The notes below the pieces were generated by a model that saw only the letters and a program-made list of their open reading frames with translations, had not been told where the DNA came from and made no database searches. The position numbers were made by a program, and so were the translations under genes. This document shows, piece after piece, positions 19,579 to 29,479 of a stretch of DNA of 64,000 nucleotides; position 1 is the first letter of the stretch, and every line of letters starts with the position of its first letter. Origin of the DNA: an uncultured Methanosarcinaceae archaeon (GTDB lineage: Archaea; Halobacteriota; Methanosarcinia; Methanosarcinales; Methanosarcinaceae); the NCBI GenBank assembly GCA_963721455.1, contig CAVRJG010000054.1, positions 128,001 through 192,000 on the forward strand. Direction: 5' to 3'.

Positions 19579-20578
19579 CTGACCTTACACAGATGTCTTC
19601 AAAAAATAACCTTTTTCATGCTATCGTTTTCAGGTAATAACCTAAAAATCTGAAATCATTATCTCGATTCTTACCCAAAAAAACAGAAGTGAAAACTCGT
19701 TAGTTGAATCACAAAGTCTAAAGATGTGAGAGATTTAAGAGATACAGATTACAATAATTCAATATGATTTTGACAAAAAAGATGTCATTAAAAATTGTGA
19801 AAATTGAAAAGACCTGTCGGGTAAGTAGGGAGGATTACTCCTCCTTTCTCCCCTAGGAACCGTACTTGAAAGTTTCCCTTCATACGGCTCGAGTGTTTTC
19901 AAACCCTTTCTGTATCAGGCACCAGTTATTTGCATAACTGATTTTGTGTTCCGGATAACAGCCCACTAACATAATTGTCTGTAAGCCTCTCACCTATTGG
20001 TGTCGTTGAGTATCTTACATTTGTAGGTTTGTTTCCATTCACACAAGAAAACACCATCAGTAAGTCTGCATCCTTTCGGATTGAGGCAAAGTTTGAACCT
20101 CTATCCAATCCATTACAGATTGGCATTCGCTTTTTACTGAATCCTCTACCCTCAATGCCATCGTTATCCCTCGCGGGAGTCCTACCCATAATGGGAGCAT
20201 TTAGGGCTTACCAAGTTCCATACTACGAATAATGTGAATACCTTAGAAGCCATCTATAAACCGAGAATCATTTGTCCATTTGCCATAATGTCCGCAGACC
20301 CATTACAGCCTGATTCTGTACCTTTTGGTTAAGCGTATCAGCCTGCTTTCGCTTATTCCACTTCACGATTCTTACGATGGTTCACTTTATGTTCTTCATA
20401 GTATTCGTATCCTAACCGATTACCAAAGTCAGGTTCCTTGATTTCTCGATAGTGTCCTGTGAGCTTCACACACAAATGTTACCATTTATGCATGTCACAG
20501 TAGGATTACCTCAAATGGAAGAGGTAGCGAATGGTGCAATTCATAGTATAGCTTCTTGTCGCACCTGCGGAAAGTGGG
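19579..20578. mobile_element. MITE family C carrying a group II intron in its right TIR
   Basis: Starts CTGACCTTACACAGATGTC and is homologous to 7315-7564. ATTAAA duplicated at 19573-19578 and 20579-20584. 251 bp once the intron is removed. Confidence 0.88.
19816..20564 (-). ncRNA. ORF-less group II intron (749 nt)
   Basis: 5' GTGCGACAAG; domain V GAGCCGTATGAAGGGAAACTTTCAAGTACGGTTC; domain VI ending ACCCGAC; no RT ORF. Confidence 0.93.
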
Positions 20579-20651
20579 ATTAAACTTCAAATGTGCCTGA
20601 TAAATTCTGGAAAGGATTTTCCCTGCCAGTTTATTTACTTCGGACACTGCC

Positions 20652-21767
20652 TTAAAGAGGGATCAGTTCGACGAGCATTCCGTCTTCAAATGGATATCTT
20701 TCAATAATGAGAAGCTTGGATCCAGAAGGTTCCAATTCTTCCTTAATTTCCTCTTTCAGCTCTTCAAGTGCCCACCAGGCGATTTCGATTTTCCCGTCTT
20801 TCACTTCAAACAATTCTGATGGGATTTCCATGTTCTGCAGGGTTTCTTCTGCAAGTTTCTGGTTCCCACCCTCAATTATCCCATATACGAGAGTGCCGTC
20901 TTCCGTGATTTCATCAAATTCTCTAGCCGTATTCTTTGCGATCCGCTGAAACCTTTTGCGGAGCTGGACTGCATCCTTGTAGGTTGAGGAGCAAAAATGC
21001 GTTCTTTTACATGCCGAAAAGGCCGTCTCGGCGTATTTACAGGACCCGGCAGCCGCACTGGCCGTGTCTGATTCAAGGCAAAAGCCGTTTTTCAGGAGAG
21101 CTTTTGAGTTATTATCGGAAAATTCCAGTTCATTCAGGTTAAGGAAAACACCCACTTCTTCTGCAAAATCTGCAACTTTTTCCGCTCCTTCAAGGGCAGG
21201 AATCTCAATTCCGGTTTCAATTCCCAGCTCTTTTGCATTTTGCAGGGCATCTGCATACGGGCTGTGCTTGAGATCTTTCCAGCTTTCCTGTGGCGGGTGT
21301 AAACGGATTTCGTCAAGGCCTGCATCTGCGAGTTTTTCAAGGACCTGCCTATCAGGAGCCAGAGAAGTATAAAGATGGATGTGGTGTTCTTTTCCGAAAG
21401 AAGCCTTTAGCATCTGGATATAATGAAGCACTCTTTCGATTTTCAGGAGGGGTTCGCCGCCTGTAATCCCTGTCCCGAGAGCATTCATAATCCCAGCTTC
21501 CTTCAGTAAATCCTCATCGTTTTTTATAGCCCTTTCATTCGCAAAAACAAGGTCTTTTCCACGCCTTTCATCGGAAAGCGGGCAGTAAAAACAACTTTTA
21601 GGACAAAGGCCCGTTACAAAGAGTACCATTTTGGCGCCCTCCTGGCAGAGCCTGCAACCTTCAGAAAGGTAACTGCAAAAAGAGCCAGTCTCGTCTTCAG
21701 TGAACTTTTCCATACCTGAACCTGCATATTCTTTTTTTATATATAAGGCTTGTTTTCGGATATCCAT
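20652..21767 (-). CDS. Radical SAM protein (conserved archaeal family)
   Basis: CPKSCFYC, ITGGEP, LDEIRLHP; true start may be 21712. Confidence 0.9.
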   Translation of the reverse strand: MDIRKQALYIKKEYAGSGMEKFTEDETGSFCSYLSEGCRLCQEGAKMVLFVTGLCPKSCFYCPLSDERRGKDLVFANERAIKNDEDLLKEAGIMNALGTGITGGEPLLKIERVLHYIQMLKASFGKEHHIHLYTSLAPDRQVLEKLADAGLDEIRLHPPQESWKDLKHSPYADALQNAKELGIETGIEIPALEGAEKVADFAEEVGVFLNLNELEFSDNNSKALLKNGFCLESDTASAAAGSCKYAETAFSACKRTHFCSSTYKDAVQLRKRFQRIAKNTAREFDEITEDGTLVYGIIEGGNQKLAEETLQNMEIPSELFEVKDGKIEIAWWALEELKEEIKEELEPSGSKLLIIERYPFEDGMLVELIPL

Positions 21768-21852
21768 ACACTCAGCATGAGAATAACTTTATGAAAAAGG
21801 AATTTTTCCTATCTGGAAACTGATATATCCTGAAGGTGCCAAAGGTTCACTG

Positions 21853-22038
21853 ATGTCAGAAAAAACCGGATACGTTGTGGTTTTCGGCTGTAAAAGGTGC
21901 GGAAAATGCAAGAATGTCTGTCCAGTGGACGCAATTTACGAGGAAAACGAGCTTGCCAAAATCGACCCGAAAAAATGTACTCTCTGTATGAAATGCATAG
22001 ATGAATGTACGAACAGATCCATTATCTATATGGAATAA
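21853..22038 (+). CDS. 2x[4Fe-4S] ferredoxin
   Basis: CKRCGKCKNVCP and CTLCMKCIDEC. Confidence 0.9.
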   Translation: MSEKTGYVVVFGCKRCGKCKNVCPVDAIYEENELAKIDPKKCTLCMKCIDECTNRSIIYME

Positions 22039-22048
22039 GGTGTTTAAC

Positions 22049-22771
22049 ATGGAAAAAATTCCGGTTCATGGAAAAATTATAGACATTACAACCCCGATTT
22101 CCCCTTTTACACGGGTTTTTCCCGGGGACCCGATACCTGCAATTGAGAGGGTCTGTACTCTTGAAAAGGAAGGTTGTGCGGTATCCAGGTTAAGTTTCGG
22201 AAGCCATACCGGTACCCATGTTGATGCCCCTTCTCACATTCTGGACAACGGCATGACTGTTGACAAACTCGAACTCAAAAACCTTATGGGAATGGCACTT
22301 ATCCTCGATTTTTCTTCACTGTCAGGTTCAATTACTGCCGATATTCTTGAAAAGGCCTTCCAGAATGCAGGAGCTCCTGAAAATATCTCAATTCTCCTTC
22401 TGAAAACAGAAGGCTTTTCCCGAAAACAAAAAAGCACAGATAATGTTAGTTCTTCAGGCGGGGAATCAGGTTCTCATAGCATGGAATCCGAGGAAGAAGA
22501 ATTTGACCCTGTATACCTTGACGAAAGTGGAGCAGCATGGATTGTCGGAGAAGGATTCAAAGCCATCGGAATTGACGGCTTTTCCGTGGATGATCTTCAT
22601 TCCGAAAGTCTGCCTGCCCACCACGTACTTCTTTCAGGTAACGTGAACATAGTAGAATGCCTTGAGCTCGGCTCAGTAAAAGCAGGGACCTATTTCTTCC
22701 TGTGCCTGCCCCTGAAAATCGAGGATTGTGACGGCTCGCCTGCAAGAGCTTTATTAATTTCCGATCCCTGA
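22049..22771 (+). CDS. Cyclase / kynurenine formamidase-like metal hydrolase
   Basis: HTGTHVDAPSH, GIDGFSVD, DGSPARA; ATG22049 after AAGGTG. Confidence 0.88.
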   Translation: MEKIPVHGKIIDITTPISPFTRVFPGDPIPAIERVCTLEKEGCAVSRLSFGSHTGTHVDAPSHILDNGMTVDKLELKNLMGMALILDFSSLSGSITADILEKAFQNAGAPENISILLLKTEGFSRKQKSTDNVSSSGGESGSHSMESEEEEFDPVYLDESGAAWIVGEGFKAIGIDGFSVDDLHSESLPAHHVLLSGNVNIVECLELGSVKAGTYFFLCLPLKIEDCDGSPARALLISDP

Positions 22772-22855
22772 TTTCCGATCCCTGATTTCCTGCCCCTGGC
22801 TCTTATTTCTGATTTTTCACCGTTGATTTCTAATTCCTGAACTTTTTATTATCTT

Positions 22856-23455
22856 TCAGAAGTGAGACATGGTGTATCTTATCCCATTCTGCGTGACCAT
22901 CTCGAATATGAACTCTCCTGAAACCGGGTACTCTATTACCACTCCCGTCTTTTCAAGAGATAACCGTGTTTGATTGGTCTCCTTACTTCCCTCAGGCGTC
23001 CATCTTCCTTCTGAGTTACGCTCGCCTTTTATAAAGTGAACCGGCTTTCCTTCAAGAAACAATCGTTTCTTAACCCCGTTTTTATACTGGTAGATAATGG
23101 TATTGTTTTCGAGGGTCCAGTCAGAGTCGCTCAGTTGCCCATTGCATTCCGGGTCCGGGTCCACTCCGAAGCTAATGTACCTGACTGAAGCAGGAAGGGA
23201 AAATTCAAGGGCACACATGCTGCCTGCAGGGCTGAAACTTTCAGCAGAGTTCCGGGCATACCCTTCCTGGATTGAAAGGATCGACAGCGAAGCGGCTTCT
23301 GTCTGGGCTTTAATTTGTGCATCTTCCAGAACAGGACTCGCTGTATGCCAGGCCTGGGCCGCTAGAATTAAAACTGCTGCAAGTAGCCCGAGATATACAA
23401 CGAGTTTTAGCGGGATAGTATCTGCAGCCGCGGTGTCGGAGACGAGATCTCTCAT
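22856..23455 (-). CDS. Hypothetical protein with pilin-like N-terminal hydrophobic helix
   Basis: Short leader DTAAA followed by DTIPLKLVVYLGLLAAVLIL. Confidence 0.65.
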   Translation of the reverse strand: MRDLVSDTAAADTIPLKLVVYLGLLAAVLILAAQAWHTASPVLEDAQIKAQTEAASLSILSIQEGYARNSAESFSPAGSMCALEFSLPASVRYISFGVDPDPECNGQLSDSDWTLENNTIIYQYKNGVKKRLFLEGKPVHFIKGERNSEGRWTPEGSKETNQTRLSLEKTGVVIEYPVSGEFIFEMVTQNGIRYTMSHF

Positions 23456-23840
23456 AGTAATTAAAATGTGCTACATACTAAATAATTTTAATTTAACTGG
23501 CAACAACTAACTTTTAGTAATTACGAACTAAAAGGAAAACTTGAAGGATAAAGAACAGATTAAAGGATAAATAAGAGATTACTAAAGGATAAGAAATTAA
23601 AAGTTAAAGAAAAACTTGAATAAAGTGCAGATTAAAGGACCGATTAGGCTTGAGTAAGGCACAAATTAAGACTCGAATAAAATAATTATTAAAAAACAAG
23701 AGAAGTTAAATAAGACACAACAAAGACTGGATACACTTGGAGGGTTTGGGATAAACGAAGAATCTGAAGAAAACCTGTTATGTATACCTTTTTCGGAAGA
23801 ACAGCTTTCTGAAATAAAGAAGTATGCGGCTCTGAATGAA

Positions 23841-24200
23841 ATGGAAGTTGAAGAATTCATAAAAAACGTTTGTCTGACTCACTGTCTCCAGCAAATGGAA
23901 TGCCTCTACGGGCCGAGTCCAGAAGCACCTGAGGCTGCAGGAGGGGCTGCAAAATCGGAAAGTGGGCCAAAAATTGAGCCACGGAAAGTTGAAATTAAAA
24001 GCAAAAAAACAGGCTCAACCTCAAAAGATCTACTTGATGGCCCGTTGATCTTGGACCAGCAGTGTATTATGGATCTATTTACAATCAAACGAGAGTTCGG
24101 CCATACCTCGAATAACAAGATAATTACTGCCGCCCTGAAGCTGGGTTTAAATCAGCTCAGTGTGGCTCTTGGTATGCTCAAACATAAACTGGATGAATAA
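23841..24200 (+). CDS. Hypothetical protein (frame open upstream to ATA23751)
   Basis: ORF in intergenic gap; GGAGG at 23739 precedes an in-frame ATA. Confidence 0.5.
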   Translation: MEVEEFIKNVCLTHCLQQMECLYGPSPEAPEAAGGAAKSESGPKIEPRKVEIKSKKTGSTSKDLLDGPLILDQQCIMDLFTIKREFGHTSNNKIITAALKLGLNQLSVALGMLKHKLDE

Positions 24201-24281
24201 AGTGAAAAAAAGAAAAGGTTATAAGTATTCTTTTGCAAGCAGTTTTCTGCGGATGCAGGTCCAGTATCACTATCAGGTTTT

Positions 24282-24836
24282 TTAAGTTTTACTCTTAAAC
24301 CATTCCAGAAACCTATCAATGGCCCTGCGCCGATGGGAAACCTTGTTTTTCTCGGCATCTCCGAGTTCCCCGAAGGTCATGCCCTGGTATTCGAAGATAG
24401 GGTCGTACCCAAAACCACCTGTGCCTCTCTCTTCATATGTTATCTTCCCTTCCACAGTACCAGGGAAAACCAGAGGCTCTTTTCCGGGTTCGCAGTATCC
24501 GATTACGGTCTTAAAATAAGCTGCCCTGTCTTCCTCTCCTTTCATCAGTTTGAGCACTTTCGGGTTTCCGAGTTTGTCCTCTACAAAACGAGAGTAAGGG
24601 CCTGGAAAGCCATTTAAGGCTTTTATGAAAATTCCGGAGTCGTCTACCATTACAGGCATGTTCAGTTTGTTTGCAACATGCTGTGCCCCATAGGCTGCAA
24701 TTGGTTCAAGCTCATCTTCCTGAAGTTCGGGGTAGCCGTTTTTGTCCTGGATTGCTTCAATTCCGAAAGTTTTGAGGATATCCCTTACCTCGGCAAACTT
24801 GCCCTTATTTCCCGTAACGAACACGATTTTATGCAT
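24282..24836 (-). CDS. rdgB: XTP/dITP pyrophosphatase (HAM1)
   Basis: [21 protein letters not shown]. Confidence 0.95.
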   Translation of the reverse strand: MHKIVFVTGNKGKFAEVRDILKTFGIEAIQDKNGYPELQEDELEPIAAYGAQHVANKLNMPVMVDDSGIFIKALNGFPGPYSRFVEDKLGNPKVLKLMKGEEDRAAYFKTVIGYCEPGKEPLVFPGTVEGKITYEERGTGGFGYDPIFEYQGMTFGELGDAEKNKVSHRRRAIDRFLEWFKSKT

Positions 24837-26466
24837 AACGAGCCCTCTTTTTTATCTCTTCAACGCGCTTGAGTACATCCTCTGAATCTATAAAAGTACT
24901 TTGATACCCTTTTTTGAAAGCTTCGGTAAGGGCTTCATAATAGCGGTGGGTACTCTCAAAGGTCTGGAAAAGCACATGGACATCTACACCTCTGGCTTCC
25001 AGGCCTTTGTCGAAATAAGCAAGTCCGAAGTCAAGGAGATAAAGCCTCTTTCCTGCAAGCAGAAGATTTGAGGTGGTCAGGTCCCCGTGTATTATGCCCG
25101 AACTGTGGAGTTTTCCGATAAGTTCTCCCACCTTTTCGGATATTTCAGGGGTAATCAGGTATTTTATAGGAATCCCATCGATATACTGCATTTTTAGCTT
25201 GAAATCTTCCACATCGTAGATAATCGGCGTGGAAACCCCACTGCGCCGGGCTTCAGACATCAGGCGGGCTTCTGTCCGGTTTCTTTCTGTCCTGATCTTC
25301 TCGTCAATCTCTTTATGCCTGTAAGCCTTCGGGACTCTTTCCTTAATAAGCACTTTCTTTCCTTCATGCCCTTCTTCCAGGTAAACAACAGCCTCGGCCC
25401 CGTTATCCAGCATTTCTCCAATCCTGAGTGAAGTTTCAGGGGAGATCTCAGGGACTTTTTTCATTTCTTCTTCCCTGACCCAGGTCACTTTTACATCATC
25501 AGTCCTGAAACTCGGGTTTACGCGGGACTCTTCAAGCGAGAGAGTGTTTCCCGACTTGTACATCAGAAGCCCGGTGTATGCGATCATTGTCCCGTTGTCT
25601 CCCATGAAGCGTTTTTCGGGCACATAGAACTTTGCGCCTCTGGCCTCGCACATGCCATTTAACATCTCCCGAAGCCTTGTGTTTGCCCCTACTCCTCCTG
25701 CCAGCAGAATTTCTTTTTTTCCTGTGTGGGCAAGGGCGCGTTCTGCAACTTCCACAACCATTGCAAAAGCCGTTTCCTGGTAAGAATAGCAGACATCCTC
25801 AAGAGAAGCTTTCTTCAGGGCTTCGCTGGATGCCGTGGAAAGCCCGGAAAAGGAAAGGTCCATTCCTTTTATCACATAAGGAAGTGGGATATACTTCTTT
25901 GCGTTCTTTGCATATGCCTCGATCTTTGGTCCTCCCGGGTGCGGCAGGCCAGCTCCCCGAGCAAATTTATCAAGGGCGTTTCCAAGCCCGATATCCAGGG
26001 TTTCCCCAAAGACTCTGTACCGTCCCCCCATATAGGAAATAACCTGGGAATTAGCCCCGCTTACGTAAAGAACAACAGGGTCCTTTGCCAACGTTCTCCA
26101 GATCCCGATTTCTATATGTGCGATGCAGTGGTTGACCCCTATCAGCGGGACGCCCAGGGAAAGGGAAAGCATCCTGGCTGCCGTTGCAACCGTCCTCAGG
26201 CACGGCCCAAGCCCAGGCCCCTGGGAAAAAGCTATTCCATCGATATCTGAAGGCTCAACTTCTTTTTCTTTTGCCTCTGCAAGGAGCCTTTTGATAACGC
26301 TAGCTGCATATTTTGCATGGTGTTGGGCTGCTTCCCTGGGGTGAATCCCTCCGGTTTCTGGTCTATAGGTCTCTGTGACCTCGGCAATAATCTCTGTCTC
26401 GGTTACGATTGCGGCACTCAGGTTCCAGGCAGTACCTTCGATTCCAAGGATGAACGTGTTTTTCAA
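24829..26466 (-). CDS. Fused Kae1-Bud32 t6A synthase / kinase (KEOPS)
   Basis: GIEGTA, HCIAH, GPGLGP, DNG, then the kinase motifs HGDLTTSN and DFGL. Confidence 0.95.
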   Translation of the reverse strand: MKNTFILGIEGTAWNLSAAIVTETEIIAEVTETYRPETGGIHPREAAQHHAKYAASVIKRLLAEAKEKEVEPSDIDGIAFSQGPGLGPCLRTVATAARMLSLSLGVPLIGVNHCIAHIEIGIWRTLAKDPVVLYVSGANSQVISYMGGRYRVFGETLDIGLGNALDKFARGAGLPHPGGPKIEAYAKNAKKYIPLPYVIKGMDLSFSGLSTASSEALKKASLEDVCYSYQETAFAMVVEVAERALAHTGKKEILLAGGVGANTRLREMLNGMCEARGAKFYVPEKRFMGDNGTMIAYTGLLMYKSGNTLSLEESRVNPSFRTDDVKVTWVREEEMKKVPEISPETSLRIGEMLDNGAEAVVYLEEGHEGKKVLIKERVPKAYRHKEIDEKIRTERNRTEARLMSEARRSGVSTPIIYDVEDFKLKMQYIDGIPIKYLITPEISEKVGELIGKLHSSGIIHGDLTTSNLLLAGKRLYLLDFGLAYFDKGLEARGVDVHVLFQTFESTHRYYEALTEAFKKGYQSTFIDSEDVLKRVEEIKKRARYA

Positions 26467-26542
26467 GGCTTACGGTCTCCTTCCAGTCCTTTTTGCTGTC
26501 ACTGCCTTCGATAATACAGGATAGGTCTTATATACGTTTGCA

Positions 26543-26605
26543 TCCCGAGTTGCGCTTCGGGAGCACGCGGTCCGTTTCACTCGCTTCGCTCGCTCAAGCG
26601 GACTA
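26543..26605. repeat. Palindromic intergenic repeat, left copy
   Basis: CCCGAGTTGCGCTTCGGG...TTTCACTCGCTTCGCTCGCTCAAG; inverted homolog at 27031-27150. Confidence 0.65.
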
Positions 26606-26652
26606 ATTTATGGGACCGAAATTTCCGTATCTTTCCGCGCAGTCTGTTCCCT

Positions 26653-26750
26653 AAGCTTCAGTAAAGGTAATAACTGCAAATTTTCGAATAATTCTCCAAA
26701 AACGATAACCGGAAAAATGTTATTTTTTGAAAACATCTGCGGGAAGTCAG
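26653..26750. mobile_element. Partial MITE family C (reverse orientation)
   Basis: Reverse complement CTGACTTCCCGCAGATGTTTTCAAAAAATAAC... aligns with about 100 bp of 7315 onward. Confidence 0.75.
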
Positions 26751-26834
26751 TATAAATACGGGCGCAGAAGATAGTTACTGATTTGATTTTCACTAATTTG
26801 CCGGCTCCTTTAAACTCAAGCCTGAGCAGTTTAT

Positions 26835-26963
26835 GAGCTCATCCCAAAACCAATTTTATTTCCACATCAATAAAAGTATTAGAATTATTTTCAGAATCAG
26901 AACTTGAGCAATTATTCCAAATTCGAGTTTCAGAAAAGCAATTTTGAGTTTTGGGATCAGCTC
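26835..26963. mobile_element. MITE family A, 129 bp
   Basis: TIRs GAGCTCATCCCAAAAC / GTTTTGGGATCAGCTC, flanked by TAT on both sides. Confidence 0.85.
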
Positions 26964-27030
26964 TATAATAAAAATATATTCAATGGAAAATTAGCCTTCT
27001 TGGCTCAGCTAAATATCTTCATTGTAATTC

Positions 27031-27150
27031 AGCCCTCTTGAGCGAACGAAGTGAGCGAAAAGGGCACCGTGCTGTTGCGATTACATCGCAATTCCCAGAA
27101 AATCTCTGATTTCCTGTGATCCCGAAGCGGAACTCGGGAGTGAAAGGAAC
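27031..27150. repeat. Palindromic intergenic repeat, right (inverted) copy with internal insert
   Basis: CTTGAGCGAACGAAGTGAGCGAAA...CCCGAAGCGGAACTCGGG. Confidence 0.65.
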
Positions 27151-27209
27151 CACAGGAAATTTCCTGCGGTTCGGGTTGAAAAATAAGTTATATTAATTCT
27201 TGAAGTGGA

Positions 27210-27359
27210 TTACTTCTTGAATTCGGTATAGCCGCACTTTCCGCAAGCAAGGCGGGTTTTGTGTTCGGCAAGAAATACACCGGGTCCGCATCTGGGACAG
27301 AACTGTTTGAGTCTGGTTACGGAGTCGCCCTGGACTTTGTAGTAATCTTTTACTGCCAT
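27210..27359 (-). CDS. rps27ae: 30S ribosomal protein S27ae (not in ORF track)
   Basis: [49 protein letters not shown]; follows rps24e. Confidence 0.96.
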   Translation of the reverse strand: MAVKDYYKVQGDSVTRLKQFCPRCGPGVFLAEHKTRLACGKCGYTEFKK

Positions 27360-27380
27360 GTATATGCACCTCTATAAGGC

Positions 27381-27686
27381 TTATGCCTCTTCTCCCTCAG
27401 GTTTTTCTCCCGGGGTCGGGTTTCTCTTCAGGACGTATTCCAGTTCTACTTCTTTCATGCGGTTTGCATCTTCGTAGAGTTTGGCATAGCCCTTGCCTTC
27501 CTGCATACCATATTCGGTTTTGATCCTCTGGATTACCAGCAGTTCAAGAGGGGCATTCAACATTGCAGCGAGTTTATTCCTGATGTCACTTCTGGACGGA
27601 GTCGAACCTTCATATTTCACTATGAAATCCAGTTCCCTTCTGTTTAAAAGTGCATTTTTCTTATCTTTAAGGATCTTTATGTCCAT
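27381..27686 (-). CDS. rps24e: 30S ribosomal protein S24e
   Basis: [18 protein letters not shown]. Confidence 0.96.
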   Translation of the reverse strand: MDIKILKDKKNALLNRRELDFIVKYEGSTPSRSDIRNKLAAMLNAPLELLVIQRIKTEYGMQEGKGYAKLYEDANRMKEVELEYVLKRNPTPGEKPEGEEA

Positions 27687-28254
27687 TTAAAATTCTCCGT
27701 ATCTTATCCAATTCATAATTCTGATTTTTGCTGACGAGCTTCTCAAAGAGAGTCCTTATCTCCTCTCTTTTTTCTTCAGTGACCTTCACAAGGACCACGC
27801 CTTCATCGGGCTGTCCGTACAGGACGACAGCATCGAGAGGGGCCAGAAGGATCACAGGAAGGGTTGCCAGGTCCTCTTCTCCCCTTACAAAAATCCGGAG
27901 AGGCTTTTCGGAGGCAAACGCTTCGCAAAGGGTTTTAATCAACTCATCGGTAATAATCCCTGCAGGGTTGTCCACAGATACTTCTTCGTAGACCTTGTCC
28001 ATATTCCGAGCCGACACATGTGTGGATACCGGTTTCCTTTTGGTGCGGTTGTCCACAATACAGATGTCCGGAAAAATGCCGGCTTCGAGCAGGTGGAAGG
28101 TAGTAACATCCCCTACGGATATAAGTTTTGTGGAGCCTGTAAGCTCCCCTACAAACTTTTCTATAGTATCCCTGCCCTTCCCCCTGTAGAGTGTACCGAG
28201 GGGTTTTTTCATAAGTGGACGAAGTTCTCTCGGAAGCTCGATATGAACACTCAA
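27667..28254 (-). CDS. GTP-dependent dephospho-CoA kinase (DUF359)
   Basis: VGDVTT, VDNRTKR, NPAG, GEEDLA, YGQPDEG; conserved synteny. Confidence 0.9.
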   Translation of the reverse strand: MSVHIELPRELRPLMKKPLGTLYRGKGRDTIEKFVGELTGSTKLISVGDVTTFHLLEAGIFPDICIVDNRTKRKPVSTHVSARNMDKVYEEVSVDNPAGIITDELIKTLCEAFASEKPLRIFVRGEEDLATLPVILLAPLDAVVLYGQPDEGVVLVKVTEEKREEIRTLFEKLVSKNQNYELDKIRRILNGHKDP

Positions 28255-28255
28255 C

Positions 28256-28441
28256 TCAGCGCACCTTCAGAGCAAATTTATCCGAAATGTCAACTCCAAG
28301 CTTTTTTGCTATTTCTGAGCGTTCAGCATCCAGGATAATTACAAGCCCATTCCATTCCTCTGCAAGATCCGAAGTCCCGCAGATCGGGCAGTTTTGCCCT
28401 TCCAGGACTCTCATGCAGTGCCGACATGCTTTTTCTGCCAT
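28256..28441 (-). CDS. spt4: Transcription elongation factor Spt4 (RpoE'')
   Basis: ACRHC..CPICG, W.G, SEIA. Confidence 0.95.
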   Translation of the reverse strand: MAEKACRHCMRVLEGQNCPICGTSDLAEEWNGLVIILDAERSEIAKKLGVDISDKFALKVR

Positions 28442-28467
28442 TGTAAATCCTCTTCTTTATTTTTCGT

Positions 28468-29052
28468 TCAGGCAGTTTCTTCAGTTCCAACTTCGTGAGG
28501 CTGCTTCTTTTTGCGGACTTCTTCGAGCCACTGCAACTTTCCCAGAGCAGTCTGACGCATGGTAAGGCCTATTTTGCTTTCTTTGGGCTCCCGTTCGTTA
28601 ATGCTTACAGCAACAACCCGGGCTCTTACATGGTCCCCTTCGGCAATGGACTTGCCTCCGGTTTTTGCCACAAGCCTCGCGTTCTTGGCATCGTATGACA
28701 TAAAATCATCAGTGATCTGGCTGACGTGAAGTAATCCGTCCATCGGCCCCATTCCTACGAAAACTCCGAAACCGACGGCTTCGACAACTTCGCCTTCTAT
28801 AATTTCCTGGAGCTCAGGCACAAACATTACCGCTTCGAATGTCACATCGTAGTATACTGCCCCGTCTCCTACGAGGATGTGCCCTTCCCCTATCTCGTCG
28901 ATCTTGCAAATCGCAACGAGGGAACCAAGTTTTTTGTCAACCTGCCCCTCAAGTTTTTCTCTTAACGCGTTTTTAACAGTAGGCATCACTTCTTCCCCTA
29001 AAAGGGTAGGAGGGATACGGACCGTATCAACGAGTTTCATCATTTTATACAT
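28468..29052 (-). CDS. rpoE1: RNA polymerase subunit E' (Rpo7)
   Basis: VRIPP, GDGA, GPMDGLLHVSQI, TMRQ. Confidence 0.96.
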   Translation of the reverse strand: MYKMMKLVDTVRIPPTLLGEEVMPTVKNALREKLEGQVDKKLGSLVAICKIDEIGEGHILVGDGAVYYDVTFEAVMFVPELQEIIEGEVVEAVGFGVFVGMGPMDGLLHVSQITDDFMSYDAKNARLVAKTGGKSIAEGDHVRARVVAVSINEREPKESKIGLTMRQTALGKLQWLEEVRKKKQPHEVGTEETA

Positions 29053-29113
29053 CTACTAATCACCCGTAAACACAATCAATTGCAATGCTGCCCGGAAAAA
29101 TCCTGTGGGTCTT

Positions 29114-29479
29114 TCAGACAAGGTCCAGTCTGTTTTTCTGGCGCAGGGATACGGTCTGGACTCCTTTTTCGGCAAGCCTGCGCTTCAACCCTATGTCATT
29201 TGTTAGAACAGCTGCTCCCATTTCTTTTGCTAGCCTGAGAATAACATCATCCGCAGGCCCTGTGGCAGCTATGCGCTCGCACCTGTCCATCATGGATCTG
29301 GCGACCTTTGCAGCTGTTTTGTCTGAACCTTTTTCCCGCTTTATGAGTTTTTCTATCTCGAATACTACAGCTTCAGGCACAAAAAATTCGTTAAATCCCA
29401 GCCTTCTCAGTTCTTCGAAAATATCCACTCCGAACTGGACAGGGATCATGAACCCGTTAGTATCGATTATAACTTTCAA
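29114..29479 (-). CDS. PIN-domain protein
   Basis: IIDTN, E, ADD, TND; lies between eIF2-gamma and rpoE1. Confidence 0.9.
   Translation of the reverse strand: MKVIIDTNGFMIPVQFGVDIFEELRRLGFNEFFVPEAVVFEIEKLIKREKGSDKTAAKVARSMMDRCERIAATGPADDVILRLAKEMGAAVLTNDIGLKRRLAEKGVQTVSLRQKNRLDLV

Noticed and set aside
19926-20232. Two short ORFs inside the intron
   Set aside because: They overlap intron RNA domains. Only NVRYSTTPIGERLTD looks like a remnant of the deleted RT ORF start; there are no RT motifs.
27234-27246. GCACTTTCCGCAA, a near match to the intron target
   Set aside because: Explained by the antisense of the CGKC codons in rps27ae, and mismatched at the -1 position.
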